A stretch of 64,000 bases of DNA from an uncultured Gammaproteobacteria bacterium (GTDB lineage Bacteria > Pseudomonadota > Gammaproteobacteria > UBA9214): the NCBI GenBank assembly GCA_963827755.1, contig CAWHCQ010000035.1:1-64000 (forward strand), given 5' to 3'. The position numbers and the translations under genes are program-made. Under the pieces are notes generated by a model. It made no database searches, was not told the DNA's origin, and was given only the letters and a program-made list of their open reading frames with translations. Shown piece by piece: positions 29,728-42,166 of this stretch (the first letter of the stretch is position 1; the number at the start of each line of letters is the position of its first letter).

Positions 29728-31401
29728 TCACTCATCCCCTTTCATTTGCTTTTTCAGCATATCCCCGAAATTCGTCGTCGCCTCTGTAGACGCCGAACCG
29801 TAATCCTGCATCATGCCTGCCTCTTCCTCGCTGTCCTTGGCCTTGATTGAAAGCGCAACCGAACGGGTCTTGCGGTCGACACCCATGAACTTGGCTTCGA
29901 CCTCCTGCCCGACTGAAAGGATCGTACGCGCATCCTCAATCCGGTCACGTGAAAGCTCGGAGGCACGCAAGATGCCTTCCACGCCATCACCCAGGTCGAC
30001 CAAAGCAGCCTTTGCATCCACTTCCCTGACAGTGCCTTTAACGATGCTGCCCTTGCTGTGCTCTGCCACAAAATTCGAGAAAGGATCTTTTTCAAGCTGT
30101 TTGATGCCCAGCGAAATGCGTTCGCGTTCGGGGTCAACCGACAGAACGACTGCCTCGATCTCGTCACCCTTGGTGAAATTGCGAACGGCTTCTTCACCCG
30201 GTTCGTGCCATGAAATATCGGAGAGATGCACCAGGCCATCGATTTCCCGGTCCAGCCCGATAAAGATACCAAAGTCGGTGATGGACTTGATAACTCCCTT
30301 GACGTGATCATTCTTCTTGAAGGTTGCACCGAATTCATCCCACGGATTCGGGAAACACTGTTTGATACCCAGCGAAATCCTGCGACGCTCCTCGTCGATA
30401 TCGAGCACGGTAACCTCGACTTCCTGGCCGATGTGCACAACCTTGGAGGGATTGACGTTCTTGTTGGTCCAGTCCATTTCGGAAACATGCACCAGGCCTT
30501 CGACACCCTCTTCAATTTCAACAAAACAGCCGTAGTCGGCAATATTCGTGACCTTGCCAAAGAGACGTGAACTTGCAGGATAACGACGTGCCAGGTCGGC
30601 CCACGGATCCTGCCCCAGCTGTTTCATGCCAAGTGATACGCGGTTGCGTTCACGATCGAACTTGAGCACCTTGACTTCAATCTCGTCGCCGACGTTGACA
30701 ATTTCGGAAGGATGCTTGACCCGCTTCCAGGCCATATCCGTAATGTGCAGCAGCCCGTCGATGCCGCCGAGGTCGACAAATACACCGTAATCGGTAAGAT
30801 TTTTCACGATACCCTTGACGGTTATGCCTTCCTGCAGGCTTTCCAGCAGTTCTTCACGCTCTGCGCTGAACTCGGTTTCTACAACTGCGCGGCGCGAGAC
30901 AACTACGTTATTACGACGCTTGTCCAGCTTGATGACCTTGAACTCAAGCTCCTTGCCTTCGAGGAAAACCGGGTCGCGCACCGGGCGCACATCAACCAGC
31001 GAACCCGGCAGGAAGGCACGTATCTCTTCAATATCAACAGTAAAACCGCCTTTCACCTTGCCGCTGATAAGGCCGGTTACAATTTCTTCATTTTCAAACG
31101 CCTTTTCCAGCCGGCGCCAGACCTGGTCGCGTTTCGCCTTTTCACGGGACAGCTGGGTTTCGCCAAAACCGTCTTCAACCGCCTCAAGGGTAACTTCTAC
31201 TTCGTCGCCGACCGCGACTTCTACCTCGCCGGCGGCGTTCTTGAATTCATCGATCGAGATCACACCTTCGGACTTCAGTCCGGCATGGACAATCACGCTA
31301 TCTGGCTGAATATCAACAACTGTACCAACCACTACATCACCGCGTCGCAAATTCTGGTTAGCGACACTCTCTTCAAACATCTCGGCAAAACTCTGGGTCA
31401 T
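29728..31401 (-). CDS. rpsA: 30S ribosomal protein S1
   Basis: 557 aa, repeated S1 domains ([22 protein letters not shown]). Confidence 0.98.
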   Translation of the reverse strand: MTQSFAEMFEESVANQNLRRGDVVVGTVVDIQPDSVIVHAGLKSEGVISIDEFKNAAGEVEVAVGDEVEVTLEAVEDGFGETQLSREKAKRDQVWRRLEKAFENEEIVTGLISGKVKGGFTVDIEEIRAFLPGSLVDVRPVRDPVFLEGKELEFKVIKLDKRRNNVVVSRRAVVETEFSAEREELLESLQEGITVKGIVKNLTDYGVFVDLGGIDGLLHITDMAWKRVKHPSEIVNVGDEIEVKVLKFDRERNRVSLGMKQLGQDPWADLARRYPASSRLFGKVTNIADYGCFVEIEEGVEGLVHVSEMDWTNKNVNPSKVVHIGQEVEVTVLDIDEERRRISLGIKQCFPNPWDEFGATFKKNDHVKGVIKSITDFGIFIGLDREIDGLVHLSDISWHEPGEEAVRNFTKGDEIEAVVLSVDPERERISLGIKQLEKDPFSNFVAEHSKGSIVKGTVREVDAKAALVDLGDGVEGILRASELSRDRIEDARTILSVGQEVEAKFMGVDRKTRSVALSIKAKDSEEEAGMMQDYGSASTEATTNFGDMLKKQMKGDE

Positions 31402-31559
31402 GGGAAAATTTATCCTGGAACCGGTCTTCGTGGTTCCTGCATCTGCTCACGCTACCTGGCGATAGCGCGTGTCTGGTTAAAAGAAAGGCCGGATAACTCT
31501 GATTTACCGGCCAGGGAAAAACTTATTATACGTGTATCTCTCTAATTGTATACGGTTTT

Positions 31560-32240
31560 TTAATACCTGGCGTGAACGGCCTGTAGCACCCTGGCGAGGG
31601 TTGCCGCCTCATCAAGGTCACTGTTATCGATCAGCACCGCATCCGTGGCCGGTCTTAACGGTGAGGCCTCGCGCGTGGAATCTCGACGGTCACGCGCCTC
31701 CACGGCCCTGGTCAGCTCCGCCAAATCCGTCTCTTTACCCATACTTTTCAACTGCTTATATCGTCTTTCAGCGCGCACCCCCGGGCGCGCCGTGAGGTAC
31801 AGCTTGAGCCCCGCATTCGGGAAAACCACGCTGCCCATATCGCGGCCATCCGCGATCAGGCCCGGCGGCTGGCGGTAGCCACGCTGCCAGGCCAGCATCG
31901 CCCGCCTCACCGCGGGCAGGGCCGCCACCCTTGATGCCGCGTTGCCGCAGGCCTCGGTGCGCAGCAGCGGACCCACGTCCTCGCCATCGAGCATGATCGA
32001 GGGCTGTTCACGCGTCGGCAAACGGTAGCTGGCACGCAGCCGCTCGACCAGTGCCACCAGTGCCGCCTCGTCATCCAGCGCCACCGCGTGCTTCAATGCC
32101 GCCTGTGCCAGCAAGCGATACAGCGCCCCGCTGTCGAGATGATGCCAGCCAAGCGCGTCCGCCAGCTGCAGGCTGACGGTGCCCTTGCCGGAACCACTGG
32201 GACCATCGACGGTAATGACGGGTGCTGTTTCCATAATCAT
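31560..32240 (-). CDS. cmk: Cytidylate kinase
   Basis: ITVDGPSGSGKGT; LDSGALYR; DGRDMG.VVFP. Confidence 0.97.
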   Translation of the reverse strand: MIMETAPVITVDGPSGSGKGTVSLQLADALGWHHLDSGALYRLLAQAALKHAVALDDEAALVALVERLRASYRLPTREQPSIMLDGEDVGPLLRTEACGNAASRVAALPAVRRAMLAWQRGYRQPPGLIADGRDMGSVVFPNAGLKLYLTARPGVRAERRYKQLKSMGKETDLAELTRAVEARDRRDSTREASPLRPATDAVLIDNSDLDEAATLARVLQAVHARY

Positions 32241-32248
32241 AATTCCCT

Positions 32249-32327
32249 GACGGGTACGCTGCGCTTTACCCGTCCTACCTGTACACCTTATTTAGGATGG
32301 GTAAAGGAGCAAAGCGACGTACCCATC
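32249..32327. repeat. Inverted pair of GTAG-type REPs (second family)
   Basis: GACGGGTACGCTGCGCTTTACCCGTCCTAC ... TAGGATGGGTAAAGGAGCAAAGCGACGTACCCATC. Confidence 0.8.
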
Positions 32328-32342
32328 AAACTCTCCGTGGCA

Positions 32343-33659
32343 TCAACGCACATCGATCAGCAGACCTGCATTACCGGCCTGCTCGACAAAACCCGGAAAG
32401 GATGTGTTCACGTTGGCGCAATTGCTGATCTCGATCTCACCCCGGGCACGCAATGCGGCCACTGAAAATGCCATGGCAATCCTGTGATCACCGTGACTGT
32501 CGACACGGCCGCTGCCCAATGTCCCGCCGTCGATGATCATGCCATCCGCGGTTGCTCCGGCATGGATACCCAGTGCCTGCAACCCATCCGCCATTACCTG
32601 GATACGGTCACTTTCCTTCACCCGCAATTCTTCCGCACCGCTGAGTACCGTGCGACCCTGTGCGCAGGCCGCGGCGATAAAAATAACCGGGAATTCATCG
32701 ATTGCCAGCGGCACCAGTTCCGCAGGGATATCAATGCCATGCAGTGGTGCGCTGCGAACCCGCAGATCGGCGACCGGTTCACCGCCGATATCGCGTGCAT
32801 TGCTGACTTCAATATCGGCGCCCATGCGTTGCAGGATGTCGATAATGCCTGTCCGGGTGGGATTCATGCCAACGTGCTCGAGAGTCAGCTTCGAACCCGG
32901 TGCAATGCTCGCGGCGACAAGGAAGAAGGCCGCCGAGGAAATATCCGCGGGTATTTCGATATCGATCCCGCTGAGCGTATGCCCGCCCTCGATGCAGACC
33001 CGCCCCGGCTGCCGCTGAACCGGGTAGCCCATTCCGGCCAGCATGCGTTCGGTATGGTCCCGGGTCGGTGCAGGCTCCGTGACGCAGCTGGTTCCGCTTG
33101 CATAGAGAGCGGCCAGCAGTATGCATGATTTCACCTGTGCACTCGCAATCGGCATCGTGTAGTCAATACCGGTCAGGCCCGTTGCCGCGTGAATCACCAG
33201 CGGTGCCTTACCACCTGCCTGCGTATCGATATGCGCACCCATACTGATCAGCGGCTCGACCACGCGCCGCATCGGTCGAGCGGACAGGGAGGCATCGCCC
33301 GTCAGGGTCGTGGCAAAGGACTGCCCTGCCAGCAGGCCCGACATCAGGCGCATCGAGGTGCCGGAGTTCCCCAGGTAAAGCGGCCCCGGCGGCGCTTGCA
33401 GGCCCCGCAGGCCGACCCCCTGGATACGCACCCGGCCTGCATTCGGCCCGTCGATGCCAACACCCATTTGACGAAAGGCCGCCAGCGTCGCCAGGCTGTC
33501 CTCGCCCTCGAGGAAACCGCTGATGCGGGTCTCTCCTTCAGCCAGCGAACCGAGCATGATGGAGCGATGCGAGATCGACTTGTCACCGGGAACACGCAGG
33601 CATCCGGAGAGCTTGCCGCCGGGCCTGGCAACGAAGTGAACGGGTTTTTCAGTCGACAT
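32343..33659 (-). CDS. aroA: EPSP synthase
   Basis: PGDKSISHR; GNSGTSMRL; SAQVKS; LRVKESDR; DHRIAM. Confidence 0.98.
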   Translation of the reverse strand: MSTEKPVHFVARPGGKLSGCLRVPGDKSISHRSIMLGSLAEGETRISGFLEGEDSLATLAAFRQMGVGIDGPNAGRVRIQGVGLRGLQAPPGPLYLGNSGTSMRLMSGLLAGQSFATTLTGDASLSARPMRRVVEPLISMGAHIDTQAGGKAPLVIHAATGLTGIDYTMPIASAQVKSCILLAALYASGTSCVTEPAPTRDHTERMLAGMGYPVQRQPGRVCIEGGHTLSGIDIEIPADISSAAFFLVAASIAPGSKLTLEHVGMNPTRTGIIDILQRMGADIEVSNARDIGGEPVADLRVRSAPLHGIDIPAELVPLAIDEFPVIFIAAACAQGRTVLSGAEELRVKESDRIQVMADGLQALGIHAGATADGMIIDGGTLGSGRVDSHGDHRIAMAFSVAALRARGEIEISNCANVNTSFPGFVEQAGNAGLLIDVR

Positions 33660-33676
33660 GCGGGTGGTGTGAATCC

Positions 33677-34537
33677 CTATTTTTCAACAAAACGGTCCCG
33701 CGTCTGCTTGGCGTTTGCAAAACACTCCAGCAGGCGATCACCGTCCTGCGTCCGCACGGCTCGCCGCACACTTTCCAGTTCGCTGATGAAATGCCCGATG
33801 AGCGATTCAATGGCGTCATGATTCGCCAGGCAGATATCACGCCACATTACCGGGTCACTCGATGCAATCCGGGTGAAATCGCGAAAACCGCCTGCCGCAT
33901 ATTCGAACAACTCCGTCTGGTCCGTCATGCGCACGAGGCTGTCCACCAGGGTGAAGGCAAGGACATGCGGCAGGTGACTGGTCGCGGCAAGCACCGCGTC
34001 ATGGTGTTGCGGGTCCATTTCCACGACCTCTGCACCGGCCGCTTCCCACATGGCGCGAACCCGGCCTGTTGCATGCGCATCGGTAACTGCCACGGGCGTG
34101 AGGATAACGCGTCGGTCCCTGTACAGGCCGGCAAGCGAGGCCTCTACCCCGCTTTGTTCAGTGCCGGCAATCGGGTGGCCCGGCACAAAGAAACCCGGCA
34201 CTTCACCGAACACCTGCTTTGCATTATCAAGCACGCTGCCCTTGGCACTGCCGGCATCGGTGAGCACCGCATTTTCGGCCAGCCGCCCCTTGATAGCCCT
34301 GAATACCTGCTGCATGGCGCCGAGCGGTACGGCAACAAGCACCATGTCCGCGCCGCTTACCGCCCTGGCAAGGTCGGTTTCATAGCTGTCGATCACGCCA
34401 AGTTCAAGCGCCTTCTGCAGATGCGCTGCACTGCGGCCCGCGCCGGTGATGTGTTGGCAGTAGCCCGCCTCGCGAAGCGCACGCGCCAGCGAGCCGCCAA
34501 TCAGGCCGACGCCAATTATGCACAAGCGCTCAATCAT
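33677..34537 (-). CDS. tyrA: Prephenate/arogenate dehydrogenase
   Basis: IIGVGLIGGS; DAGSAK; GHPIAGTE; SHLPH; GFRDFTRIASS. Confidence 0.95.
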   Translation of the reverse strand: MIERLCIIGVGLIGGSLARALREAGYCQHITGAGRSAAHLQKALELGVIDSYETDLARAVSGADMVLVAVPLGAMQQVFRAIKGRLAENAVLTDAGSAKGSVLDNAKQVFGEVPGFFVPGHPIAGTEQSGVEASLAGLYRDRRVILTPVAVTDAHATGRVRAMWEAAGAEVVEMDPQHHDAVLAATSHLPHVLAFTLVDSLVRMTDQTELFEYAAGGFRDFTRIASSDPVMWRDICLANHDAIESLIGHFISELESVRRAVRTQDGDRLLECFANAKQTRDRFVEK

Positions 34538-35652
34538 GTTCTAACCTTCCCAAGTGCTGCCAGAAAACGGCGATTCTCTTCCTCCAGGCCGACCGTGACA
34601 CGCAGGTGATGCGGCATTCCATAGTTGGCCAGCGGGCGCACAATCATACCTTCCTGCAACAGGTCGTTGTAAACATCCGCGCCCTTGCGTGAAGTCTCGA
34701 AGCTAATAAAATTCCCGGCAGATGCTATATAAGAGAGTCCAAGCCCCTGCAGACCGCTCGCCAGCTGTGCCATACCCAGGCGGTTAAGACGCAGCGTCTC
34801 CTCGATATGGGCATGGTCATCCAGTGCCGCCAGTGCCGCCGCCTGCGCCGGCTGGTTTACGTTAAACGGCTGCCTCACCCGGTTCAGCAGGCCGGCAACA
34901 TCCGGGTGTGACAGCGCATAGCCCACCCTCAGGCCGGCCAGCCCGTAGGCCTTGGAGAAGGTGCGCGTGACGATCAGGTTGGAATAGCGTTGCAGCCAGG
35001 CACTGGTGTCCGGGTAGCGCCGGTCATCTGCATACTCGAAATAGGCCTCATCCACCACGACCATGACATGACCGGGCAGGCCTGCAATAAATTCCTGTAA
35101 CTCGTCTGCATCCAGCCAGGTGCCGGTCGGATTATTCGGATTGGCGATAAACACCAGGCGCGTATTCGGACCAACCAGCTGTTTCATCGCCGCCAGGTCA
35201 TGGCCATAGGCCGGCCCGTGGCTGCCATCATGCGCCGCGGCAACGCGCCCTTGCGCACCGGTTGCCTGCACCACGATCGGGTATACCGCAAAGGCATACT
35301 GTGAATAAACGGCATCATGGCCAGGTGTCAGGAAAACCCTGGCCACCAGGTCCAGCACGTCATTGGAACCGTTGCCCAGGGTGATGCACTCCGGCGATAG
35401 CCGGTGCTTTTGTGCCAGTCGCCCGGCCAGCAGGTAGCCACTGCCTTCAGGATAGCGCGCCATATCCTGCAATGCCCGGCTCGCCGCTGCAACGGCCAGC
35501 GGGCTCGGGCCACAGGGGTTCTCGTTGGAAGCCAGCTTGACGGCATTACGGATACCGTATTCGCGCTCCAGTTCGGCAAGCGGTTTGCCGGGTTGATACG
35601 GCTGCAGCGCTCGCACCCCGGGAGCGGCAAGATCAGTGAAGTGTTTGTTCAT
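34534..35652 (-). CDS. hisC: Histidinol-phosphate / aromatic aminotransferase
   Basis: KLASNENP; ANPNNPTG; DEAY; RTFSKAYGLAGLRVG. Confidence 0.95.
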   Translation of the reverse strand: MNKHFTDLAAPGVRALQPYQPGKPLAELEREYGIRNAVKLASNENPCGPSPLAVAAASRALQDMARYPEGSGYLLAGRLAQKHRLSPECITLGNGSNDVLDLVARVFLTPGHDAVYSQYAFAVYPIVVQATGAQGRVAAAHDGSHGPAYGHDLAAMKQLVGPNTRLVFIANPNNPTGTWLDADELQEFIAGLPGHVMVVVDEAYFEYADDRRYPDTSAWLQRYSNLIVTRTFSKAYGLAGLRVGYALSHPDVAGLLNRVRQPFNVNQPAQAAALAALDDHAHIEETLRLNRLGMAQLASGLQGLGLSYIASAGNFISFETSRKGADVYNDLLQEGMIVRPLANYGMPHHLRVTVGLEEENRRFLAALGKVRT

Positions 35653-35685
35653 GCCCTGTTAAATATGAATCACTATTCAGAAAAC

Positions 35686-35757
35686 TGTAGGAGCGGATCT
35701 CATCCGCGATCGGGTTTTACACTGACATTCATATCGCGGATGAGATCCGCTCCTGCA
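35686..35757. repeat. Inverted REP pair (REPIN-like; third family)
   Basis: TGTAGGAGCGGATCTCATCCGCGAT ... ATCGCGGATGAGATCCGCTCCTGCA; the right arm recurs at 57901-57925. Confidence 0.85.
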
Positions 35758-35781
35758 CCAACGGACTGTCCTGTTTTATTG

Positions 35782-36864
35782 CTAGATTACCGCCTTTGGA
35801 TAGGAGCCCAGCACCTTGACCGCAAATGCCTCCTGTCCCAGTGCTTCCAGTGCCTTTGAAATCGATGCATCTTCACGGTGACCTTCGACATCGATGAAAA
35901 ATACATACTCCCACATGCGCTGACGTGACGGCCGTGACTCGATACGCGTCATACTGACGTCGTGCTCCGCCATTGGCTTCAGCAACTTGTACAGCGAACC
36001 CGGCTTGTTATGTACCGATACCAGCAGGGAGGTCTTGTCATGACCACTGGGCAAGACCGCCTGTTTGCCGATCACCAGGAAACGGGTGGTATTGTCCGGC
36101 TTGTCCTCGATGTTGTGCTCGAGGATCGCCAGGCCGTACAAGCCGGCGGCCGTGTCACCGGCAATGGCGGCTGCACCCGGCTCCTCCCTGACCAGGCGTG
36201 CTGCCTCGGCATTACTGCTGACGGCAACGCGTTCCGCATGCGGCAGGTTGGTGTCCAGCCAGCCGCGGCACTGTGCCAGCGCCTGCTGGTGGGCCAGCAC
36301 CCGGCTGATCCTGATTCCGCTGTCCTTGACAAGCAGGTGGTGATGGATACGCAGCTCGACCTCGCCGCAAATATTCAGCGATGAACCCTGGAACAAGTCG
36401 AGGGTATGGCTGATGACCCCTTCAGTCGAATTTTCAACGGGCACCACGCCGTAGTCTGCAGCACCCGCCTCGACTTCGCGGAATACGTCGTCAATCCCGT
36501 CCATGGCAACCGTGTCCACCGAATGGCCGAAGTGTTTTTGTGCGGCCGCCTGGGTAAACGTGCCCTGCGGGCCAAGAAACGCAATCTTCAGGGGCTTTTC
36601 CAGCGCCAGGCACGCGGACATGATCTCCCTGAACAGGCGCACCATTTCCTCAGCCGGCATCGGACCCCGGTTACGTTCACTGATGTTGCGCAGGATCTCG
36701 GCCTCTCTTTCAGGCCGGTAGAAATGACTATCCCCGTCCTCAGCCAGCTTGACGCCGGCTACATCACGCGCACAAGCCGCACGTTCATTGATCAGGTCCT
36801 GGATCTGCTGATCCAGTGCATCGATCCTGACACGCAAGTCATCAAGTTCATTTTTGCCGCTCAT
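35782..36864 (-). CDS. pheA: Chorismate mutase / prephenate dehydratase
   Basis: LRVRIDALD; FLGPQGTFT; VPVENSTEG; NTTRF; IESRP. Confidence 0.97.
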   Translation of the reverse strand: MSGKNELDDLRVRIDALDQQIQDLINERAACARDVAGVKLAEDGDSHFYRPEREAEILRNISERNRGPMPAEEMVRLFREIMSACLALEKPLKIAFLGPQGTFTQAAAQKHFGHSVDTVAMDGIDDVFREVEAGAADYGVVPVENSTEGVISHTLDLFQGSSLNICGEVELRIHHHLLVKDSGIRISRVLAHQQALAQCRGWLDTNLPHAERVAVSSNAEAARLVREEPGAAAIAGDTAAGLYGLAILEHNIEDKPDNTTRFLVIGKQAVLPSGHDKTSLLVSVHNKPGSLYKLLKPMAEHDVSMTRIESRPSRQRMWEYVFFIDVEGHREDASISKALEALGQEAFAVKVLGSYPKAVI

Positions 36865-36960
36865 GTTCCGGGATAACCGTCAGCCTGTATTCGCATTAAG
36901 CAGATAGTAACTGATCATGCGCTGATTGACAGGTCCTGAACCCGGCCCGAGGCACAAAAC

Positions 36961-38125
36961 CTACAGCGCCCTGACATTGAGCACGCCATCAATCCGTGCC
37001 ATCTGTTCCAGGCAGGACGGTTTTACTTCTGTGTCCACGTCAACCAGTGTATAGGCCAGTTCGCCGCGCGACTTGTTCAGCATGTCGAGAATATTCAGGC
37101 CGGCATCGGCTATGCAGGTGGATATCTGCCCGAGCATGTTCGGCACGTTCTCGTTGACAATCGCCAGGCGGTAACCTTCACTACGCGGCATGATCGTTTC
37201 AGGAAAATTGACCGAGTTCCTGACATTGCCGTTTTCCAGGAAATCCCGTACTTCCTCGGCCACCATGACAGCACAGTTTTCCTCGGCCTGCGCAGTCGAC
37301 GCCCCCAGGTGCGGCAAGGTGATCACACGCGGGTGGTTCTTCAGCAGGTTGCTGGGAAAATCGCAAACATAGGCATACACCTTGCCCGCGTCGATTGCCG
37401 CCACGACGGCGGCATCATCGACAACACCGTTACGCGAAAAATTCAGGATCACGGCATTCTTCTTGATTATTTTCAAGCCGTTCTGCATTGATCATATTGC
37501 GCGTCGCGTCAACCAGCGGCACGTGAAACGTCACGTAATCCACTTTCGCCAGCAGTTCCTCGATAGAGGCAGCCTGGATCACCTGGGAAGACATCTCCCA
37601 GGCGCGCCGCACGGTAATATCGGGATCATAGCCGACCACGTTCATGCCCTGTGCGAGCGCGCCATTGGCCACCTGCACGCCGATCGCGCCGAGACCGACC
37701 ACGCCCAGCGTCTTGCCGGGCAGTTCAAAACCGACAAACTGTTTTTTTCCGGCCTCAACGGCCTTGTGTATGGCCTCGTCGTCACCCTCCAGGGAACGCG
37801 CAAAATCCCAGGCCTGGCAAATATTGCGCGAAGCAATCAGCATGCCGGCGATCACCAGCTCCTTGACTGCATTGGCGTTGGCTCCCGGCGCATTGAAAAC
37901 CGGTATGCCCGCCTTGCTCATCACGGCAACCGGGATATTGTTGACGCCCGCACCGGCGCGGCCAATTGCCTTGACCGTTGGCGGCACCTTCATGTCATGC
38001 ATGTTGTAGGAGCGCAGCAGGATGGCGTCCGGGTGTTGCATCTCGGAAGCCACTTCATAGGCGTCACGCGGGAAATGCTCCAGCCCGACCGGGGAAATAT
38101 TATTCAGTGTGAGGATTTTTTGCAT
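36961..38125 (-). CDS. serA: D-3-phosphoglycerate dehydrogenase (frameshift near 37485)
   Basis: ORFs 37430..38125 and 36961..37488 join; RAGAGVNNIP; GLGAIG; PHLGAST; ACT domain. Confidence 0.92.
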
Positions 38126-38189
38126 GGATCAACGACCACCTGGTATTGAGAAGAAAACTGCTGGTTAGCACCCGGCCGGAAAGCAAGAT

Positions 38190-38275
38190 TCCCGCCAGCA
38201 CGCAAACACGTCAAAGCCGGAATCGTACTGCATCCAGGGGCATCTTGTATTTTCCCGGCGTCTTTGCGTCCCGGC
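38190..38275. repeat. Degenerate short-period inverted repeat
   Basis: GCCAGCACGCAAACACGTC ... GGCGTCTTTGCGTCCCGGC. Confidence 0.4.
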
Positions 38276-38309
38276 CAGAGAAATTACCTTGTCTATGAAC
38301 GCACACTGA

Positions 38310-39392
38310 CTACCCGTGTGCGCGTTCAAACTCTTTCATGAAATCAATCAGGGCATCGACACCCGCTTCCGGCATGGCATTGTAGATACTGGCGCGCATG
38401 CCACCGACAGAGCGATGGCCCTTGAGATTCAGTAATCCGGCCTGCCCGGCCTGGTCGAGAAAAACACTGTCGAGCTCGTTATCGGCGAGTGTAAAAGGCA
38501 CGTTCATCCATGAACGGCAAGCAACGTCGACCGGGCTGCGGTAAAAACCGGAGTGGTCGATTGCAGCATAAAGACGTTTTGATTTACGCTTGTTGATGTC
38601 TGCCATGGCAGACAAACCACCCTGCTTCTTCAGCCAGTCAAACACCAGCCCGGCAAAGTACCAGCCATACGTGGGGGGTGTATTCAACATCGAGCCGTTA
38701 TCGGCATGCTTCCTGTAGTCGAACATCGATGGTGTCCCGTCCAGGGTGCTGCCAAGGAGATCCTCGCGCACGATCACCACGGTCAAACCGGCAGGCCCGA
38801 TGTTTTTCTGCGCACCGGCGTAGATCAGGCCGTAGCGTGAAACATCCAGCGGACGCGAAAGAATGGTGGACGACATATCAGCGACCAGCGGCACGTCACC
38901 GCTTTCCGGAATCCAGTGGAACTCCACGCCGCCGATTGTTTCATTCGGGGTGTAATGCACATAGGCCGAGTCTGCATCGAGCTGCCAGCCGTCATGCGCC
39001 GGGATGGTTGTAAAGTTCGCGGCTTCGGAGGATGCCGCGACATTGACGCTGCAATAACGGGCGGCCTCGGCGATGGCCTTTTTTGACCAGGCACCGGTAT
39101 TGACATAGTCGGCCTGTGAATGCCCCCGCAGCAGGTTCATCGGAACCATCGCAAACTGGCTGGTCGCACCCCCCTGGAGAAACAGGACACGGTAATCAGC
39201 GGGTATCTGCAGCAACTCACGCAAGTCGGCCTCTGCCCGCTCCGCAATCGACATGAATTCCTTGCCGCGGTGACTCATCTCCATCACCGACATGCCGCTG
39301 CCGTGCCAGTCAAGCAGTTCCTCGCGCGCCTGCTGCAGGACGGCCTTCGGCAGGACCGCCGGCCCGGCGCTGAAATTATAGATTTCTGACAT
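38310..39392 (-). CDS. serC: Phosphoserine aminotransferase
   Basis: YNFSAGPA; MEMSHR; [12 protein letters not shown]; [15 protein letters not shown]. Confidence 0.98.
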   Translation of the reverse strand: MSEIYNFSAGPAVLPKAVLQQAREELLDWHGSGMSVMEMSHRGKEFMSIAERAEADLRELLQIPADYRVLFLQGGATSQFAMVPMNLLRGHSQADYVNTGAWSKKAIAEAARYCSVNVAASSEAANFTTIPAHDGWQLDADSAYVHYTPNETIGGVEFHWIPESGDVPLVADMSSTILSRPLDVSRYGLIYAGAQKNIGPAGLTVVIVREDLLGSTLDGTPSMFDYRKHADNGSMLNTPPTYGWYFAGLVFDWLKKQGGLSAMADINKRKSKRLYAAIDHSGFYRSPVDVACRSWMNVPFTLADNELDSVFLDQAGQAGLLNLKGHRSVGGMRASIYNAMPEAGVDALIDFMKEFERAHG

Positions 39393-39403
39393 GTACAGGC
39401 CGC

Positions 39404-41983
39404 CTATGAATCAGTTGGGTTGTCCGTATCCGGGACAACGTTCTCTTCGTCGTCGCTGTCCTTGTCCTCAACGACGCGTTCGACACCCACCAGGACTTCA
39501 CCCTTGGTCAGGGAGATCAGCCGAACACCCTGGGTATTGCGGCCCATCAGTGAAATTTCCCTGACCCGGGTACGCACCAGCGTTCCGCCATTGGTTATCA
39601 GCATGACCTCATCACTGTCATCCGCCGGCACGGCACCAACGACCTTGCCATTACGTTTATTCACCTGGATCGCGATTACACCCTGCCCGCCGCGACCGTA
39701 TACCGGGTAGTCATCGGCACGGGTGCGCTTGCCAAAACCATTCTCGGTTGCAGTAAGAACCGGGCTGTCGCTGGCAATGATCAGCGATATGACACGCTGC
39801 TCCTTTTGCAGCTTGATGCCGCGCACACCGCTTGCGGTACGCCCCATGGACCGCACATCAGTTTCCTTGAAACGGATCACCTTGCCGGCATCGCTGAACA
39901 GCATGATATCCTGCGAACCGTCGGTAATCGCCACGTTCACCAGGTAATCACCCTCGCGCAGGTCGATGCCGATAATGCCGTTGGCGCGCGGCCGTGAAAA
40001 ACCGGCCAGCGAGGTCTTTTTCACTGTTCCAAGGGCCGTGGACATGAACACAAACTGGTCCTCGGCAAATTCCCGCACCGGCAGGATCGCGTTGATCCGT
40101 TCGTCCGGCTGCAGTGGCAGCAGGTTGACGATCGGCTTGCCGCGCGCAGTACTTCCAGCCTGTGGCAACTCGTATACCTTCAGCCAGTAGACCTTGCCAC
40201 GACTCGAAAAACATAAAATCGTATCGTGGGTACTGGCGATGAAAAGCTTGTCGATGAAATCCTCTTCCCGGACCCTGGCCGCACTCTTGCCACGTCCACC
40301 GCGGCGTTGCGCCCGGTAGTCGCTCAGGGGCTGGGATTTCGCATAGCCGGCATGTGACAGTGTCACGACCACGTCTTCTTCAGTAATCAGGTCTTCGAGC
40401 GTCAGATCCAGGTGGTCGGTCAGGATTTCGGTACGTCGCTCATCACCAAACTGATCGCGTAGATCGACAAGCTCGTCCCTGATCACCTCCATGAGGCGCT
40501 CGGGATCCTTGAGAATTTCGAGCAGGCCATCGATCAGGTCAAGCAGTTCCTTGTACTCGCCGAGGATCTTGTCCTGTTCCAGTCCGGTCAGCTGGTGCAG
40601 GCGCAGGTCGAGTATTGCCTGGGTCTGCGCATCGGAAAGATGATAACCATCATCCAGCAACCCGAAACCGGCCTCCAGTTCTTCCGGGCGCGAGGCACTG
40701 GCGCTGGAGCGTTCGAGCATGGCCGTGACCATGCCAGGCTCCCAGCTGCGCTGCATCAATGCCTGCTTGGCTTCGACGCGATTGCTCGATGACTTGATCA
40801 GGCGGATGACCTCGTCAATATTCGACAGCGCAACAGCGAGACCTTCCAGGATATGTGCGCGTGCACGGGCCTTGCCCAGTTCAAATACAGTGCGACGCGT
40901 AACAACATCGCGGCGATGGCGGACAAAGGCCTCCAGGCACTGTTTCAGGTTCAGCAGCCGGGGACGGCCATCAACTATCGCCACCATGTTAATACCAAAG
41001 ACATTCTGCAACTGGGTATGCTGGTAGAGGTTATTCAGAACGACCTCTGCGACCTCGCCACGCTTCAGGTCGACGACCATGCGCATGCCGTCCTTGTCCG
41101 ATTCATCACGCAAACCGGAAATGCCCTCGACCTTCTTGTCCTTGACGAGCTCGGCAATTTTTTCAAGCACCCGTGCCTTGTTGACCTGGTAGGGCAACTC
41201 GGTGAAAACAATATGCTGACGCCCCTTGGCATCATCTTCAACATGGTTGCGGGCGCGTACATAGATACGTCCACGGCCCGTCCGGTAGGCCTCGTGTATA
41301 CCGCGCACACCATTGATAATACCGGCAGTCGGAAAATCGGGGCCGGGTACCAGTTCCATCAGGCCCGCGACATCGATATCCGGATTTTCAATCACCGCGA
41401 GGCAGGCATTGATAATTTCGGTCAGGTTATGCGGCGGAATATTGGTGGCCATTCCCACGGCAATACCGGCGGAACCGTTGACCAGCAGGTTGGGAACACG
41501 CGTCGGGAATACCGAGGGCTCGTGCTCGGTCTCGTCGTAGTTCGCTACAAAATCGACTGTTTCCTTGTCGAGGTCGGCGATCAGTTCGTGGGCGATCTTC
41601 GCCATGCGCACTTCGGTATAGCGCATGGCCGCCGGTGAATCGCCGTCCACCGAACCGAAGTTACCCTGCCCGTCGACCAGCATGTAGCGCAGTGAAAACG
41701 GCTGCGCCATGCGTACGATCGTGTCGTAGACCGCCGTATCACCGTGCGGGTGATACTTACCAATCACATCACCGACGATACGTGCCGATTTTTTATAGGG
41801 CTTGTTCCAGTCGTTGTTTAGCACGCTCATCGCAAACAGGGCGCGGCGATGGACCGGTTTCAGACCATCACGCACATCCGGCAGCGCACGCCCGATAATC
41901 ACGCTCATGGCGTAATCCAGGTACGACTGCTTCATCTCGTCTTCGAGATTGACGGGGACTATTTCTTTTGCGAAATCGGTCAT
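39404..41983 (-). CDS. gyrA: DNA gyrase subunit A
   Basis: GKYHPHGD; AAMRYTE; GyrA box QRRGGRG. Confidence 0.98.
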   Translation of the reverse strand: MTDFAKEIVPVNLEDEMKQSYLDYAMSVIIGRALPDVRDGLKPVHRRALFAMSVLNNDWNKPYKKSARIVGDVIGKYHPHGDTAVYDTIVRMAQPFSLRYMLVDGQGNFGSVDGDSPAAMRYTEVRMAKIAHELIADLDKETVDFVANYDETEHEPSVFPTRVPNLLVNGSAGIAVGMATNIPPHNLTEIINACLAVIENPDIDVAGLMELVPGPDFPTAGIINGVRGIHEAYRTGRGRIYVRARNHVEDDAKGRQHIVFTELPYQVNKARVLEKIAELVKDKKVEGISGLRDESDKDGMRMVVDLKRGEVAEVVLNNLYQHTQLQNVFGINMVAIVDGRPRLLNLKQCLEAFVRHRRDVVTRRTVFELGKARARAHILEGLAVALSNIDEVIRLIKSSSNRVEAKQALMQRSWEPGMVTAMLERSSASASRPEELEAGFGLLDDGYHLSDAQTQAILDLRLHQLTGLEQDKILGEYKELLDLIDGLLEILKDPERLMEVIRDELVDLRDQFGDERRTEILTDHLDLTLEDLITEEDVVVTLSHAGYAKSQPLSDYRAQRRGGRGKSAARVREEDFIDKLFIASTHDTILCFSSRGKVYWLKVYELPQAGSTARGKPIVNLLPLQPDERINAILPVREFAEDQFVFMSTALGTVKKTSLAGFSRPRANGIIGIDLREGDYLVNVAITDGSQDIMLFSDAGKVIRFKETDVRSMGRTASGVRGIKLQKEQRVISLIIASDSPVLTATENGFGKRTRADDYPVYGRGGQGVIAIQVNKRNGKVVGAVPADDSDEVMLITNGGTLVRTRVREISLMGRNTQGVRLISLTKGEVLVGVERVVEDKDSDDEENVVPDTDNPTDS

Positions 41984-42166
41984 CTGGACGGTCTATGCAT
42001 AACCTTATATATCGGGGTTGTCCGGGGCCGCAAACAGCACCTGAGCGCAGCGACGGCTACAAAGACCGACAATTTTAGCACACCCTGCTCCCCCACTACA
42101 CCCGAAAACCAACGGATTCTGGTGCCACTCAGGCGCTCTATCCGAGTTTCAGTGATTTAGACCGAT

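Noticed and set aside
36961-38125. serA and other split genes (hemolysin III, DUF4403, SoxW-like, PpiC) as pseudogenes or programmed frameshifts
   Set aside because: Isolated 1-nt indels in otherwise intact genes across the window, with no evident slippery sites; sequencing or consensus error is more parsimonious.
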